Positions 21,701 to 33,860 of a stretch of DNA of 64,000 nucleotides are shown here, in pieces. Below the pieces are notes generated by a model. It searched no databases and was not told the origin of the DNA. It saw only the letters and a program-made list of their open reading frames with translations. The first letter of the stretch is position 1, and each line of letters begins with the position of its first letter. Location: the NCBI GenBank assembly GCA_048013815.1, contig CM106586.1:10354001-10418000 (forward strand), read 5' to 3'. Position numbers and translations under genes: made by a program. This DNA comes from Setoptus koraiensis (lineage: Eukaryota > Animalia > Arthropoda).

Positions 21701-22797
21701 GACTTGCGAGCGCCGGCCGGTTGGCCGACCCACTCATACCGACTCGGCGCGAAGACCGCCCAACTGCCCGCTGCGGCTGTTCGAGGGAGACTCGCAGGCG
21801 TCGCCAGTTGCGCGGCCCGCAACAGGCGGCGCACGCGATGCGACCGCGCCGCTGGCCGGCGCGTCGTGGCCGGTCGAGCCGAGCCGGGCGCTTGCACACG
21901 GCGAAAGGCGACGGGCGATAAGAGACGGGCGAAAGGCGTCGCTCGGCCGTGCGCAAAGTGCACGCAGCCGCCAACAAGTGAACGCAGATATTGCAAATGA
22001 TGGCAAAATATGGGCTGCCGCTCCGAGATTCTCGAACCGAGAATACCGAGAATGCGCTCCGAGAACCGAGAACCGAGAATGCGCTTCGAGAATCGAAGCG
22101 CTCGGAACGCACATTGCGACGGGCGCTTGGTTGGGCTGCGAGCGCCGAAGAGCGGCCGAACGCTCGGAACGGCCGAACTCGAAGAACGCACAGCCTCGAG
22201 AGAAGCCGAGAGAAGAAGAATTGCTGGCGTGTTACCATTAGTGTGCCAAAGGCAGTGTGCGACTCGCGAGCTCGCAATCGGGCCGCGGCGCCGCCAGTCG
22301 GTCTGCCAGCGACAGCAAGTGAAACCACCGATTCATCATTTGTTTGCATCGTCGTTTGCATCGTCGTTTGCATCGGTGGTTGCATCGGTGGTTGCGTCGT
22401 CCGTTCGCGTCGCTCGATGCTCGCATTCGCCTTCGAATGGCGATTGCGGGCTCGCTTGTGGAGCTTGCGCGAAGCTCGGCCGGCCGACGGGCTTGCGAAC
22501 CTTCGAAGCGCCGCCATTCGCCGCAACTTTCGACTTTGGCAGCCAATTGTTGCGAGACCTGACTCAATGGGGGCAGCCGTGTCTTTAGCAGGTTATTAGT
22601 CGTTATTAGTGCGTGCCGAGCGCCCACTAATAACGTAATCACTTTCTCGCCGGCAGCGCCACTGGACACCCGATCAATCTCGTGTGCGCCGGCGAACCGC
22701 AACGTTTGTTTGCGAGACAACACAATGCATGCTCGACAGTGTTATGATAACACGGCCCTTCGAAGCGACGGTTGCGCGTCCGAACTCGGAATTACTT

Positions 22798-22895
22798 TCA
22801 AAATTCGAATTTCGAATTTCCAGTTGCTTTACGAAATTCGAATTTCGAATTTCCAGTTACTTTACGAAATTCGAATTTCGAATTTTCAGTTACGA
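22798..22895. repeat. 33-nt tandem repeat, ~3 copies, TTCGAA-rich
   Basis: Unit gaaattcgaatttcgaatttccagtt(g/a)ctttac. Confidence 0.9.
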
Positions 22896-23892
22896 ACGTC
22901 GAAACTCGAACTCGCGATTGCAAACTTCGAACGCGAACCTCGAACGCGAGCGTCTGCGGCGAACTGCGAACGCGAGCGTCCACAGCTCGTGCGGCTGCGG
23001 CCGATTGCGCGATCCGGAGATTCGAAGATTCGATGATTCGAAGCTTCGGAGATTGGCGAAGATTCGCAAACGCACGGCCGGTCGTGGCCTCATTTGGCGT
23101 TGCGCTCCCACAGCGGCCGCATTAGGTGGCTATTAGCGCGTTATTAGCGCAATAATTACACAAAACTGTTGGCCGGGCGTCCCGGTGTCTGGCGGTTCAT
23201 TGTGTGCACTTGCCCTACACAATGAATCGGCCCGATTGGCCGCGATCGGCGCATCGGGCGGCGCGGCGCAATTGTGTCTGCGGCGATCGCGAATCCCATT
23301 CGATGTTTGGTTTCATCGGTTCCATTCGATTGTGTTGGATTGTGTTGGATTGTGTTGGATTGTGTCGGATTGTGCCGGAGAGCGGCGCAGCACGAAGCAA
23401 CAAATGGAAGCACCTGAGGAATTTCAATTACATGTTCGTGCGGGCCGGCCGAGCCTGATCGATGTTTCGTTTGTGTGAGTGCGTCGTTTCTTTTCTCCGT
23501 TCGCCGGGCTTCTCTCAGAGAAGTTCTCTGGCTGCCGAGAAAGGCCCAAAAGTGGCTGTGAGAGCCAATGGTGCACTACAGATAATAAATTGCATGTCGT
23601 CGTTGTCGGCCGGCCGTGTTTCGTGTCAGCGTGCCGCTGGTGTCGCTGTTGATTAATCATGTTTGCGTTATCAATTGGATCGATTAGCGCCCATCATTGA
23701 ATCGCAGGGAATCGCGGCGAGAATCGCGGGGCCTAATTACTAATTAGGCGCAGCTTGTTCCCGTGTTCAAGCTGTGCCGTTTTGTTGTTCGCACCATCGT
23801 TGGCATCGCATGCAATCGTTGCATTGTTACAATGCGTGCTCCGCGTCAACTTATAGCCAACAGCGCACAATGGAGCGGTACAGGTGCGCGGC

Positions 23893-23944
23893 GGCACAGG
23901 TAACACTTCTGGGCACAGGTAACACTTCTGGGCACAGGTAACAG
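23893..23944. repeat. 19-nt tandem repeat carrying CAGGTAAC, ~2.7 copies
   Basis: Unit ggcacaggtaacacttctg. Confidence 0.9.
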
Positions 23945-24548
23945 TCGCTTGACACTTGCTCGCGATGTGTCGCCGGGCGCCGCCCGGCGCACCGAGCCGC
24001 ACCGGACCGAGCCGAGCCGGGCCGGGCCTGGCCGCTCCGCGAGTGCCCACGTGAACGCGGCGCCCGCGTGAACGGGCACCGCGGACACCAAGGTCATTGC
24101 TTCGGCGCGCCGTTCATCCGCAAAGTGGGTCAGCGCACACTGACAGATGATCCATCTGACAATTGTGAGATGAACGAGCGCTCGAAACGGTCGCGCAAAG
24201 TGCAAGCGGATGATGCTATTTTGGGCAGCGAGGCCCCCGTGTTTATTTATATTTTTTATCCATTTTATTTTTCGTTTTCACTATGAAACGAGTGACACGA
24301 AACGGGCTGATGTGTACTGTCGCTCGTCGGTGCAACTGTCAACTGTCAGCAGGGCACATGTGACACAGGTGAAAATTGGCTCGAATCATTCCTTTGCTCG
24401 GCACTCAATAATAATCAACAATAATAGTATTCGGAAAGCTGCAAAAACACGCCAGAAAGCAGCGCATATTTTTGAAAATAAATACACAAACATCTGATCA
24501 CTAACATTTGACATCTGATTGCTGTCACAAATTGAATGGACTGACCGA

Positions 24549-26114
24549 ATGGACGATCGCACAGCAATTATGGACAACAGCGGCGAGCTCGCCCGCTCGG
24601 ACGAGTCCGCCGACGGCGACCCGTCGGCCGGCGCGCACTTCCAACGGGCCGGCGGACAATTGCAACGGGCCGGAGACTCGCTGACAGAAACGGGCGACTC
24701 GCTGACAGAAACGGGCGACTCGCGGACAGAAACGGGCGAGCTAGCGAATGTCGCCGGCCAGCAGTGGCACGCGAAGCGCGACACGTTTCGAAGCACCCAG
24801 TCGAATTTCGAAGACTCCTCGCCCGAACACGACCCGTCCGACGCACATTTATCCGGCAAAAACTGGCCTGACTCATCCGGCGAACACTGGCCCGAATTGT
24901 CTGACGAAAAGTGGTCAGACTTGTCGGGCGAAAATTCGCCGGACAAGCATTCGCCGGACAAGAATACGTCGAACGAGAATTCGCCGGACAGAAATTCGCC
25001 GGACGAGAATTGTTCGGCTCGCACAAACCAAGCCAATGTAAACTTTGAGCGGGCCTGCCAGCAGCTCATCGCGAGCGCCGTCGACAAACTCAAACAGACG
25101 GGCCTCATAGACGCCAGAGACAGCCCCGAGCGGCAGCGCATCATTTTGGCCCTGGTGGCGGGACTCGTAACGACTGTTTTATTAATTGTTTTCATAGCTG
25201 TGTGTGTGTGTGTGACGGGCACCGGAAACGGCGACAACGGCGACCACAACGACGACCACAAGGTGCAACAAGAGACAGTGCGAAGGCTCGAGTCGCTAAT
25301 TGAGCGCGTCAATTTATTGGACAGTGCACTGTCGCAAGAGGGCGACAAACAGTTTTTGCAGCAACTCCAACAATTAATATCCGTGTACGCCGTTGTCAAG
25401 CTGAAAGTGAGCTCGGCAAAACAGTTCTTGTCCAGCGTAAAGGGGGCCGTGAACAGTGAAATGGTCAGACTCAACGCAACCACTGCCACCGGCCAGCAAA
25501 CGGGCGACGCAACAGGTGAGCAGCAGCAACAACAACAACATAACGGCACCATTGACGACAAATACAAATTGGCATTTTTGTTTCAGCCGTTGAACGTCAC
25601 GAGCCCCGTGCCAGCGACAACAGCTGACAGCAGCACCGATGACAGCGGGCACCAGTCGACGGGTGGAGGCGCGACGGGCGACGCCGAGACACAAGCGGAC
25701 GAACAGGCAACCATTGAAACAAAATTGTTGCTCGAGACAAAACAAAATCAACAAAAACAATTGCAGTCGCTGCTGAACGGCTACGAATCAGAGATTGGGG
25801 CCATATATGAGGCCATCGAAAAGTCGTACGACCGAAGGCATCGCGTGGGCGAATGTCTCAACGGCAACATCGACAACCACAGCAACAACAAAAACGCCCC
25901 CGTAAATGGAGAAAAAGAACAGGGAGAAAACGACGACAGTGAACTGTTTGCGCGAACAGTGGCCAAATTGCGCCAGGAGCCCATCGACTTGGACCAGTGC
26001 ATCGCGTGGCTCCAGTTGTACGACACGGGCCTCAACGGGCCGGGACAGCGGTCGACGGGCGGCCCCCACGGCAAGCAAGCCAAGGACACTTCCGGTCAGG
26101 ACGGATCGCTCTAA
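24549..26114 (+). CDS. Hypothetical single-pass (probably type II) membrane protein with repeat-rich N-terminus and helical/coiled-coil C-terminus
   Basis: ~1.57-kb stop-free frame from ATG 24549. One strong TM (IILALVAGLVTTVLLIVFIAV). Non-repetitive protein-like C-terminal half. No family recognised. Confidence 0.6.
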   Translation: MDDRTAIMDNSGELARSDESADGDPSAGAHFQRAGGQLQRAGDSLTETGDSLTETGDSRTETGELANVAGQQWHAKRDTFRSTQSNFEDSSPEHDPSDAHLSGKNWPDSSGEHWPELSDEKWSDLSGENSPDKHSPDKNTSNENSPDRNSPDENCSARTNQANVNFERACQQLIASAVDKLKQTGLIDARDSPERQRIILALVAGLVTTVLLIVFIAVCVCVTGTGNGDNGDHNDDHKVQQETVRRLESLIERVNLLDSALSQEGDKQFLQQLQQLISVYAVVKLKVSSAKQFLSSVKGAVNSEMVRLNATTATGQQTGDATGEQQQQQQHNGTIDDKYKLAFLFQPLNVTSPVPATTADSSTDDSGHQSTGGGATGDAETQADEQATIETKLLLETKQNQQKQLQSLLNGYESEIGAIYEAIEKSYDRRHRVGECLNGNIDNHSNNKNAPVNGEKEQGENDDSELFARTVAKLRQEPIDLDQCIAWLQLYDTGLNGPGQRSTGGPHGKQAKDTSGQDGSL

Positions 26115-27887
26115 TGCAACAACAACAACAACAACAATAATAATGATTACACAATCACACAATAACAATAATTGATTGCGTGTCTCGCTGGCTCGATCGA
26201 GCGCCGTTGCACCCTGGCTAACAAAGCCCTGTAAGGCAAAGTTTTTTTTTTTTAAAAGTTTATAAAATAGTTTGATAATATATTTATAATTCTGATTGCG
26301 TCATCATTGTGTTTGTGCTCAAATTGTGCCAGGCGCAAATTAAATCGAGCAGCGATGCCACAGGTAACAGGTAACAGGTTGTTGTTGTCTTTGCGGCCGT
26401 CGGTCGGCCGCACGGTCACGATGAGCAATGGCGGCCGCTGGCACGCTCGCTCGCACACACGAATTAATCATTACATAACAAACAACAATGATACACCATT
26501 CAGACTGGAACCACCTGATGATTTCGATCGATCAATCCGCTCCATTAGTGCGTCTGTTGGTCTGTCCGTCGCTCTGTCCGTCGGCCCGTCGCTCTGTCCG
26601 CCGGTCCGTCGGTGTTTGCGTCGCCGCGCGGCGGTTCTGTCCGCCGCCCGATCGCCGGCTTCTCTGGCTTCGCTGACTTGGCCGGCTTCGCTGGCCGCTC
26701 CGACTGTGCGATCGCCGGATCATGCGGGCGGCCAGTGTTGCGTCACTGTTAGCGCGACAGAGACACAGTTGGCAGCGGCAACACAAACCAACAAACGATG
26801 TTTGGGGCGCATCTTCATTGCAGACGTCGCTGGCGCAGCCGGCGCGGCTATTAGTTGGGCGATAATTGCTGCCAATTGGCGGCCGTCGCATTCGAACGCA
26901 TTCTCGTTCCAAGTCGCTCCGTCGGCCGCCGTTCGAAGTCGCTCTGTCGGCCAGCGTTCTGTTGGCCAGCGTTCGAATTGCGCCTTGTAGGCGCTGTGTT
27001 GCGAATGCGCCATTCGAACAGTGCCCATTAGTTGGCACTTTGCGAGAAATTGTTTGTTGTTGTTGCCTGTTGGCCAAAACAAATCATCAGCGCCGACCAC
27101 AATCACTGACCAACAGCGTCCACTTTTTGTGTGGTCTTGCCGTGATGCCTTTCGCCCAGCGACCCGCAACAGATTTGTGTTTTTGCTGCTGCCAAATCGA
27201 CCAATATCCAGCCAATGTCCAGCCGATAGCCGCCGATGTTGCGTTGTTGTGCCGGCCAACAGCCGACAGCCAGCGGCCGGCGCAACAAGGCAACATGCAC
27301 GCCCACCTCGCCGCGAACGCTTCTTTCAGTGCGACTGCAACATGCTCTCGAGTGTCCAGCTCACCTGTCGAACTTCATCATGCACACACAATTATAGGTA
27401 TTTGTGCGTGTGTGTGTGTGTGTGCCGAAGAAGAGCAAAACAATTTCTTGTTTTGGCCGGTTGTTGTTTTTTCGCGCTTGTCGCTGTTGTTGTTGTTGCT
27501 GTTGTTGCAATTGGCGCTTGTTGCAGCTCGAATTTGTCTGTTTATCGATTTGCAGATTGCTCCGCGGCGATAAACACACACACACATGCTGCAGCAAAGG
27601 CAAGCAAACGGTAGGCATCGGTGTCAGTGGCAACATTGGCAAGCTGTCAATTTGTTGTTGTTATGTCATATCAATGTTGCGCATCGCATTCATTGCTGAC
27701 CACTGGCGCACTCTCTTCGGCCAGCACCTGTCCGACTGACCGCGCCGGCTTACCTGTGTCCGCTTCGGCTTACCTGTGCCCACCTCGGCGCTTGCCTGCG
27801 CGCCGCAACAGTCACTGTTGAACAATGTCAATATTTATACCGAGTGCCACTGTCGGCTGGTGTGTGTGTGTCGGTTGTTGCCACCAG

Positions 27888-27971
27888 CCACAGGTGAGTC
27901 GCCGGCCACAGGTGAGTCGCCGGCCACAGGTGAGTCGCCGGCCACAGGTGAGTCGCTATCCACAGGTGAGT
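27888..27971. repeat. 18-nt tandem repeat carrying CAGGTGAGT, 5 copies
   Basis: Motif starts at 27891, 27909, 27927, 27945, 27963. Confidence 0.95.
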
Positions 27972-30854
27972 TGCTGGCGACACTTGCCCGCGTTGCGGAC
28001 GAACCTCGGGCCTCTCCCTCCGTGCCCGCGCGTCCGCACTCACCGGGCATGCGCTGCCGGTCGCTCCCGCACTCACCCGGCGGGCGCTGCAAGTCGCTTG
28101 CGGTCGCTCCCGAACGCCCCCGAGTTGCTGCCGGGTCCGAGCGACAGTCGCTGCGAACCAGGCAGCGAGCCCGGGAGGGGCCCGAAGAGGCCGATGGACG
28201 CTGTAAGTGGCAGATGACATGCCCGTACGGATGTGCGGAGCCGGCTGAGACGGGCCGCGGTGTATACGGGCAATGTGTGTACTGGCGCGGGCGGACGGGC
28301 AGGCACTCTGTTTGAAACAACTTGCGGGCCACAAGTTGTGGCCCGCAAGTGGCCCGCAAGTGGCCCGCGAGTGACTTTGTTTGGCACTGACGGGGGGCGT
28401 GGGCGAGACGGGAAATTGAGACGATACAGGCACAATGTGCGTCCGATTGGCGCAGTGTTTGCAGTGTCGCACGAGGGCCCAAAGTGTTGCGGGCGCACGA
28501 GCGCCGGCCAAAGCGGCGAGCGGCGGCCCGAGCCAAACGACAGCGACGGCGCGAAAATGGGGCGGTCCCCCGACACCTCGTGCAGCTCGTATCACCTGGC
28601 TGCGGGGGACAAAGCGAGTGATCGTGTAGCACGCATTCTTTTTGTTTGCAATTGGCACTTTGGGCCAATTTGGCCGCGTGTTGGCAGCGCGTATCTATTA
28701 TTATCTGGTGGCACTCGTGCGAACGTTTGTGTGTATAATGAGTCGCTTCGATGATGAGACGAACACAAAACAAACGAGCTGACGTTCGCGCCGAGAGCGC
28801 CGCTCGGGCGAGCCGACAATCGCCGATCGCCGATTGTCCGAACCTCGGGCTGAGAACCGCGAACCGCGAGCTGAGAGCCGAGAGCCGCGAATCGCGAATC
28901 GCCAGCCGAGAGCTGCGAATCGAGTGAGTTCCCAATCGAACGGTTCGAGTGAGAAAGTCAAATCTCTGGCCGCTTTGTTTGCGCTTGGGCACGCGCAAAC
29001 AACCTATAGACTGCACAGTGCACACGGTGCTCGTGGCATATAGGCGACACAACAATGGCGAGCAGCAACAAAAAACACACTTTCGGCGCAGTGCGACCGT
29101 TGTGGCGCAGCGCGACCGCTGTGGCGCACAGCAAACACCGGGTAACGGCGGCGACGGCAAGCGCCGGGTAGGGGGACAGACGGGCCGGCCCGGCCCGGAT
29201 TAGCGGTACCAGATGATGCGGCACCAGATGAGCGGCAGCGGCCGGCCGGCGAGAGGCGGCCCGCTAATGAGCACTTGCGAGTGGCCAGTTGGGACGCGGC
29301 AGGATGTCGGCGCAACTACGTGACCGGTGCGGCCGCCTCTCGGTCTGTCGGTCTGTCGGTCTGTCGCTCGTGTCGCGTCGCTCGGGTCGCGGCGCTCGGA
29401 TCGCCTCTTGGTCTATCTGCGGCTCGTATCGCGTTGCCCGCGACGCAGCCAGCGGCGCGATGCGAGCCGCAGATAGACTAAGAGGCGTCATAATTAACAC
29501 TATTAACGCGGTAATCACGATATGTAATTATTTGCACGTACCGGCCGCCGCGGAGGAGCTGCCGTTGTTGCAATTTGTTCCTGTTCGTGTTCTTTTGCAC
29601 AACGCACACACACACACACGCCAGCCGCACAAAGAAAAGAAGCCGCGTCACCTTTCCAGCGCGCGTCCGAATTTTCGAAAATTCGAACATTCGAGCGTCC
29701 GAGCGTCCGAGCGTCCGAACGTCCGAGCGCCCGAGCGTTCGAACTCGAAGCCGCGGCCAATTCAGCTGCCGCTCGTCGGTTGTTGCCGTTAATTGCAAAT
29801 CATAATTTGCGCCATTAGAGCCCATTAAGTCGGCCCTCTCGCCAGCTGACCGGTGCATATGCGCATGATGCAAAGTATATTTGTATTTAACAGTATACAA
29901 GTAATAAGTAAGTAAGTAATATTTGTATTATTATTGTGAGTGCACGGGCCGCCAAATGGAGCGAGCCGCGCCGCCGACCGCCTGTTGCCCGTGATCGCCC
30001 GCAACATTCAGCGCGTTCAATGTGTCGGCCCGCCGCGGCCCGCACCAGCGCCGCACCATCCGCGCTCACAAGTCAGGACTCAGTCATGACTCACAAATCC
30101 GATCAAACATGACGATGCTCAGCTGACCTCACCTGGCGGCCCGACCGGCCGACATCGGGGCGTCAGAGATGGCGCAGCGACGTGCTCAAATGGCGATACT
30201 GTAACTTGTAAATATTGTAATTGGCCGGCGGCAGCTTGCGGCTCGCTATCACAACAATCGTATGATATTGTATGTTTACAATAATTATCTGCACAATCAT
30301 TATTATATTATCGCTTTGTAAACAGTTGACTCACAGCTCACAGTTGAGCGTTTGCCCGGAAGGGGAGTGGCGCTCGCGTCGCGGCCGGTCCGCGTCGGCA
30401 CTCGGTCAGCCGGGCTCGGTGCCGATTTGCCGACCGAGTTCAGGCTTTCAGACTCACAGAGTCAGGTTACTAATCAAGTGAGGCCCAGAGAAACAACGAC
30501 GCCAAAACAGCTGAGCGGTGCAGAGCTGTCATGGCTGTCAGTGGCCGATGTTGTGCGAGTCATCAGCTGGTCGCGTTGTCGTCGCTGTCGGCGTTGTCGC
30601 TGTCGGTGTCGGTGTTGTTGTTGTCGGCGTTCCTGTGGATTTAGCCAGAGCAAAAGAAGCGAGCCGCTGCCAGAGTACGCACTTCCTGTGTTACGTCAGC
30701 CGGCTGCCGCTGTGTCGAGCAGCGGCGGCGGCGACTGTTTGCGCGGATTAGCCGCAAACATACGCCACTGGCGGCGCTGGCTGGATGGATTAGTCGGGCT
30801 CGCATGTAAATAAGCGGCTCAGCGCGGCTGCCCGATGGCGCCGGCAGAGCGCCG

Positions 30855-30925
30855 AGGTGTCTGACGAGGCGTCCGACGAGGTGTCCGACGAGGTGTCCGA
30901 CGAGGTGTCTGACGAGGTGTCTGAA
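30855..30925. repeat. 12-nt tandem repeat gaggtgtc(c/t)gac, ~5 copies
   Basis: Direct reading. Confidence 0.9.
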
Positions 30926-32953
30926 GGGCCGGCCGAGACAGTGGGATTAGTGGCTTGTGTCGGAATTCTCGCTTCGAAGCGGGCGGTTTGCGGCGAGAAT
31001 TCCGACAAGCGGAGGGCGCTGATTGGCGGCTCTCGAGCGACCGCAGCGCCGGCCCGAGCTGCGCCGCTTCTGTTGCCATTTCCAGTCGCAGCTTTTGAGC
31101 GCGAAAGAGGCCAATCAACACTTTGGCGGTCTTGTGCGGTGCGCCGGCAACTTGTTGATTGGCGCCGATTTGTTGCAATTGTTGGCGGGCGCGCGGATTA
31201 GCCGCAATCACAGGCCGCGGCGACCCGTCAGTCGGCGACCCGTCAGTTGGCGGCCCGTCAGTTGGCCGTAATTGTGACGGCCGCAGCGCCGACAAGCGCG
31301 GCCGCGACAATCGCATCGGCGCGAAGGGCGCACAAAGTGGCAGCAACAGTGGCAAAAAACGATGATCGTAATCCATCATAATTCGCATGATTCTCGCGTC
31401 GGCCCGAGTGAGCGACGATAAGTGAGAAAAGGGATTTTTTCGCACGCTTCTCATCTTTGTTTGCTCCGGCGAGCACAGCGAGTCACAAAGTCGCCACTCG
31501 GGCTCAGCCGGGTCCCGTGTAACCCGGCCGGCACAGACCGCGCACCGCAAACAACAAGACACAGTGGCAAATCTGGCCAAATCTCGACAAAATCTGTTCG
31601 GGCCAAATCTCGACAGACCGGCCCGAACGAACAATTCCGTGCCCGCCAAATTAAACCAAATTTAACCAAATTAAATGGGCTCTTGATTACGTCATCACGT
31701 CGCTGCTGTGACAAGCGTTTGTCATGCCCACAAATTGGCTCGAATTGCTCGAATTGGCCAATTGTCGCAAATTGGCCAATTTGCGACGACTGGCCAATTT
31801 GTGGAGTCGACGCTGCCAATTGGAGGCGTCGCTGTTGTTGTCGCCGTTGTTGTCGGCGACATTGAGCTGGCTAGACGGGGCGAGCAAACAACATTGTCAC
31901 CCCGATCATCAGAGCGACATGCCGACCACAACACGCCGCTGTCAGACAGGGCGCTGTCAGGCGGGCGCTGTCAAACGGGCGCTGTCAGATGAGTGCCGCC
32001 AGTCAGCTGTGGTCGGCGAGTGAAAATTTTGACAAATTCGGCCCCCATAAAGTGAACAAAATGAACAAAGTGAACGCTTGTCCGCCATCGGCCAGCGGAA
32101 AGTGTCACCCGATTGATTGACGCCTGACAGTTGCGGGACCGGCCGCTGGGCGCGCAACCGAACGGTCGCATATAGATTGTATGATATAAACATGGCGCAT
32201 GCAAACATGAATATATTTGTATTTGTAGTTGAATGTATCGCATTCCGCTCCGCCAGTCGGCCCGCGGGTATCGCAATTGTGTCTGCAGGCATTATCGGCG
32301 GGTATTATGATCGGCGGGTATTATTAGCGGCTCTGTTTGGCGTTGCGCCGGTCGCAATGATCGCCATGATGGCAACGATTGCAATGATTGCAATGATTGA
32401 GAGGCGTGACTCGGCGGCGCGTTCAGCAAATATTTGATTGCGACCATGATACAATAGTTACATTGCGCCTCAATGAGCGCTGTTGCGCCACCTCGGGCGC
32501 CCGCAACAACAACAGCAGCAACAACAACAGCAACAACAGCGATAGTTGCAAACAATTGTGCACCGATAACACCGGCCCATTGAGCTCGATCCGGCCCCGG
32601 GCTAGTCAGCTGCTGCCGCTGCGGCGACGTCTGACTCGAGCGGTCCAGGCGGCCCGGCGCGGGCCGACCGCTTGATGGGTCGGGCGCTTGGTGGGTCGGG
32701 CCTCGGTGGGTCGGGCCTCGGTGGGATGGCCGCATCGGCGACGGGAGCGGGCCCTGCGAGCGGCCCGTAGCATGAGATGATGAGCGCATGATGAGCACTC
32801 GATACGAGACTGGCCAGCGTGGACCCGCCAGCACCCATAGAGCATGTCGAATGGGCCGGCTCGGCGATTGTCGTGACTACGGGCCGGCCGAAGCGCGGCT
32901 CACCTGTGCGCGCGCGGCTATGCGCAGCACAAACATATAAACATACATAACAT

Positions 32954-33016
32954 ACAAACAGTGTTACAAACAGTGTTATAAACAGTGTTACAAACAGTGT
33001 TATAAACAGTGTTTGC
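32954..33016. repeat. 12-nt tandem repeat A(C/T)AAACAGTGTT, 5 copies
   Basis: Units start at 32954, 32966, 32978, 32990, 33002. Confidence 0.95.
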
Positions 33017-33230
33017 AGCAAAGATATGACTCACGTATCATGAGAGATGGGCAAAATATAATTGTTACGTGTGAGTGAGTGTTTGCATATTCTTCAAAAG
33101 ATAATAGGCCGCGGCGCACTTGTAAATGAGAGCGACCGCGATTGTTTGCAGAGAGCCGATACAATTGTTTGCGAGCTTATGTTTAGCCAATGTTGGCGGC
33201 CACAGCGAGCACTTTGTTGCCGCTAATAGT

Positions 33231-33335
33231 CGCACAGGTGACCGGCGGACAGGTAACCGGCGGACAGGTAACCGGCGGACAGGTAACCGGCGGACAGGTA
33301 ATGGTCGCGCAGGTAATGGTCGCACAGGTAATGGT
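33231..33335. repeat. 15-nt-period array with 7 CAGGT(A/G) motifs
   Basis: Motifs at 33235, 33250, 33265, 33280, 33295, 33310, 33325. Confidence 0.95.
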
Positions 33336-33761
33336 CAAGCGGCCTCGAGTGGCACACAGCGATGGCGGCTGACAGCGGCTGATGGCTCGATGGTGTGCCA
33401 CTCGAGGCCAATTGATCGCTCGTCGGGCCGCAAAACGCTCGCCGTGCGCCGTGTGACGGGCAACGCTTGTGGTGCAGCCGCGCTCGCGGTGCAGCCTCGA
33501 ACGCGGTGCAGCTTCGAGCGCGGTGCAGCTTCGAGCGCGGTGCAGCTTCGGAGGGCGATGATGATGCAACGCGGCACAGCACAAATGGTGTGCGCGCATA
33601 TTTGCATAAATAAACACAAGCACGACAGGTGATCATCGCGCTAACCGTTTGATGAGGGCCGATGGTGGCGGCGCAAGCCGCGCCAGCAACAATTAAGTCA
33701 TGTTTGCATTACATTGCGCGGCCACTCACAAAAGCCGCTCACGAGTCTCCTCCGCCTCGCT

Positions 33762-33860
33762 CTCACCTGTGCGCGCCTCTCACCTGAGCTCTCGATGGTG
33801 CGAACTCACCTGAGCTCTCGATGGTGCGAACTCACCTGAGCTCTCGATGGTGCAAGCTCC
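33762..33860. repeat. 26-nt tandem repeat carrying CTCACCTG
   Basis: CTCACCTG at 33762, 33779, 33805, 33831; unit ctcacctgagctctcgatggtgcgaa. Confidence 0.9.

Noticed and set aside
20928-22526. 532-aa minus-strand ORF, and similar long ORFs at 27835-29160, 30819-31649 and 37526-38566
   Set aside because: Arg/Ala/Ser-rich, built from tandem repeats, open in several frames and both strands (stop-poor GC-rich DNA); no recognisable domain.
26241-26253. Poly-T tract after the orphan membrane-protein ORF as a retrocopy signature
   Set aside because: Wrong strand for a poly(A) tail of this gene, and no target-site duplication.
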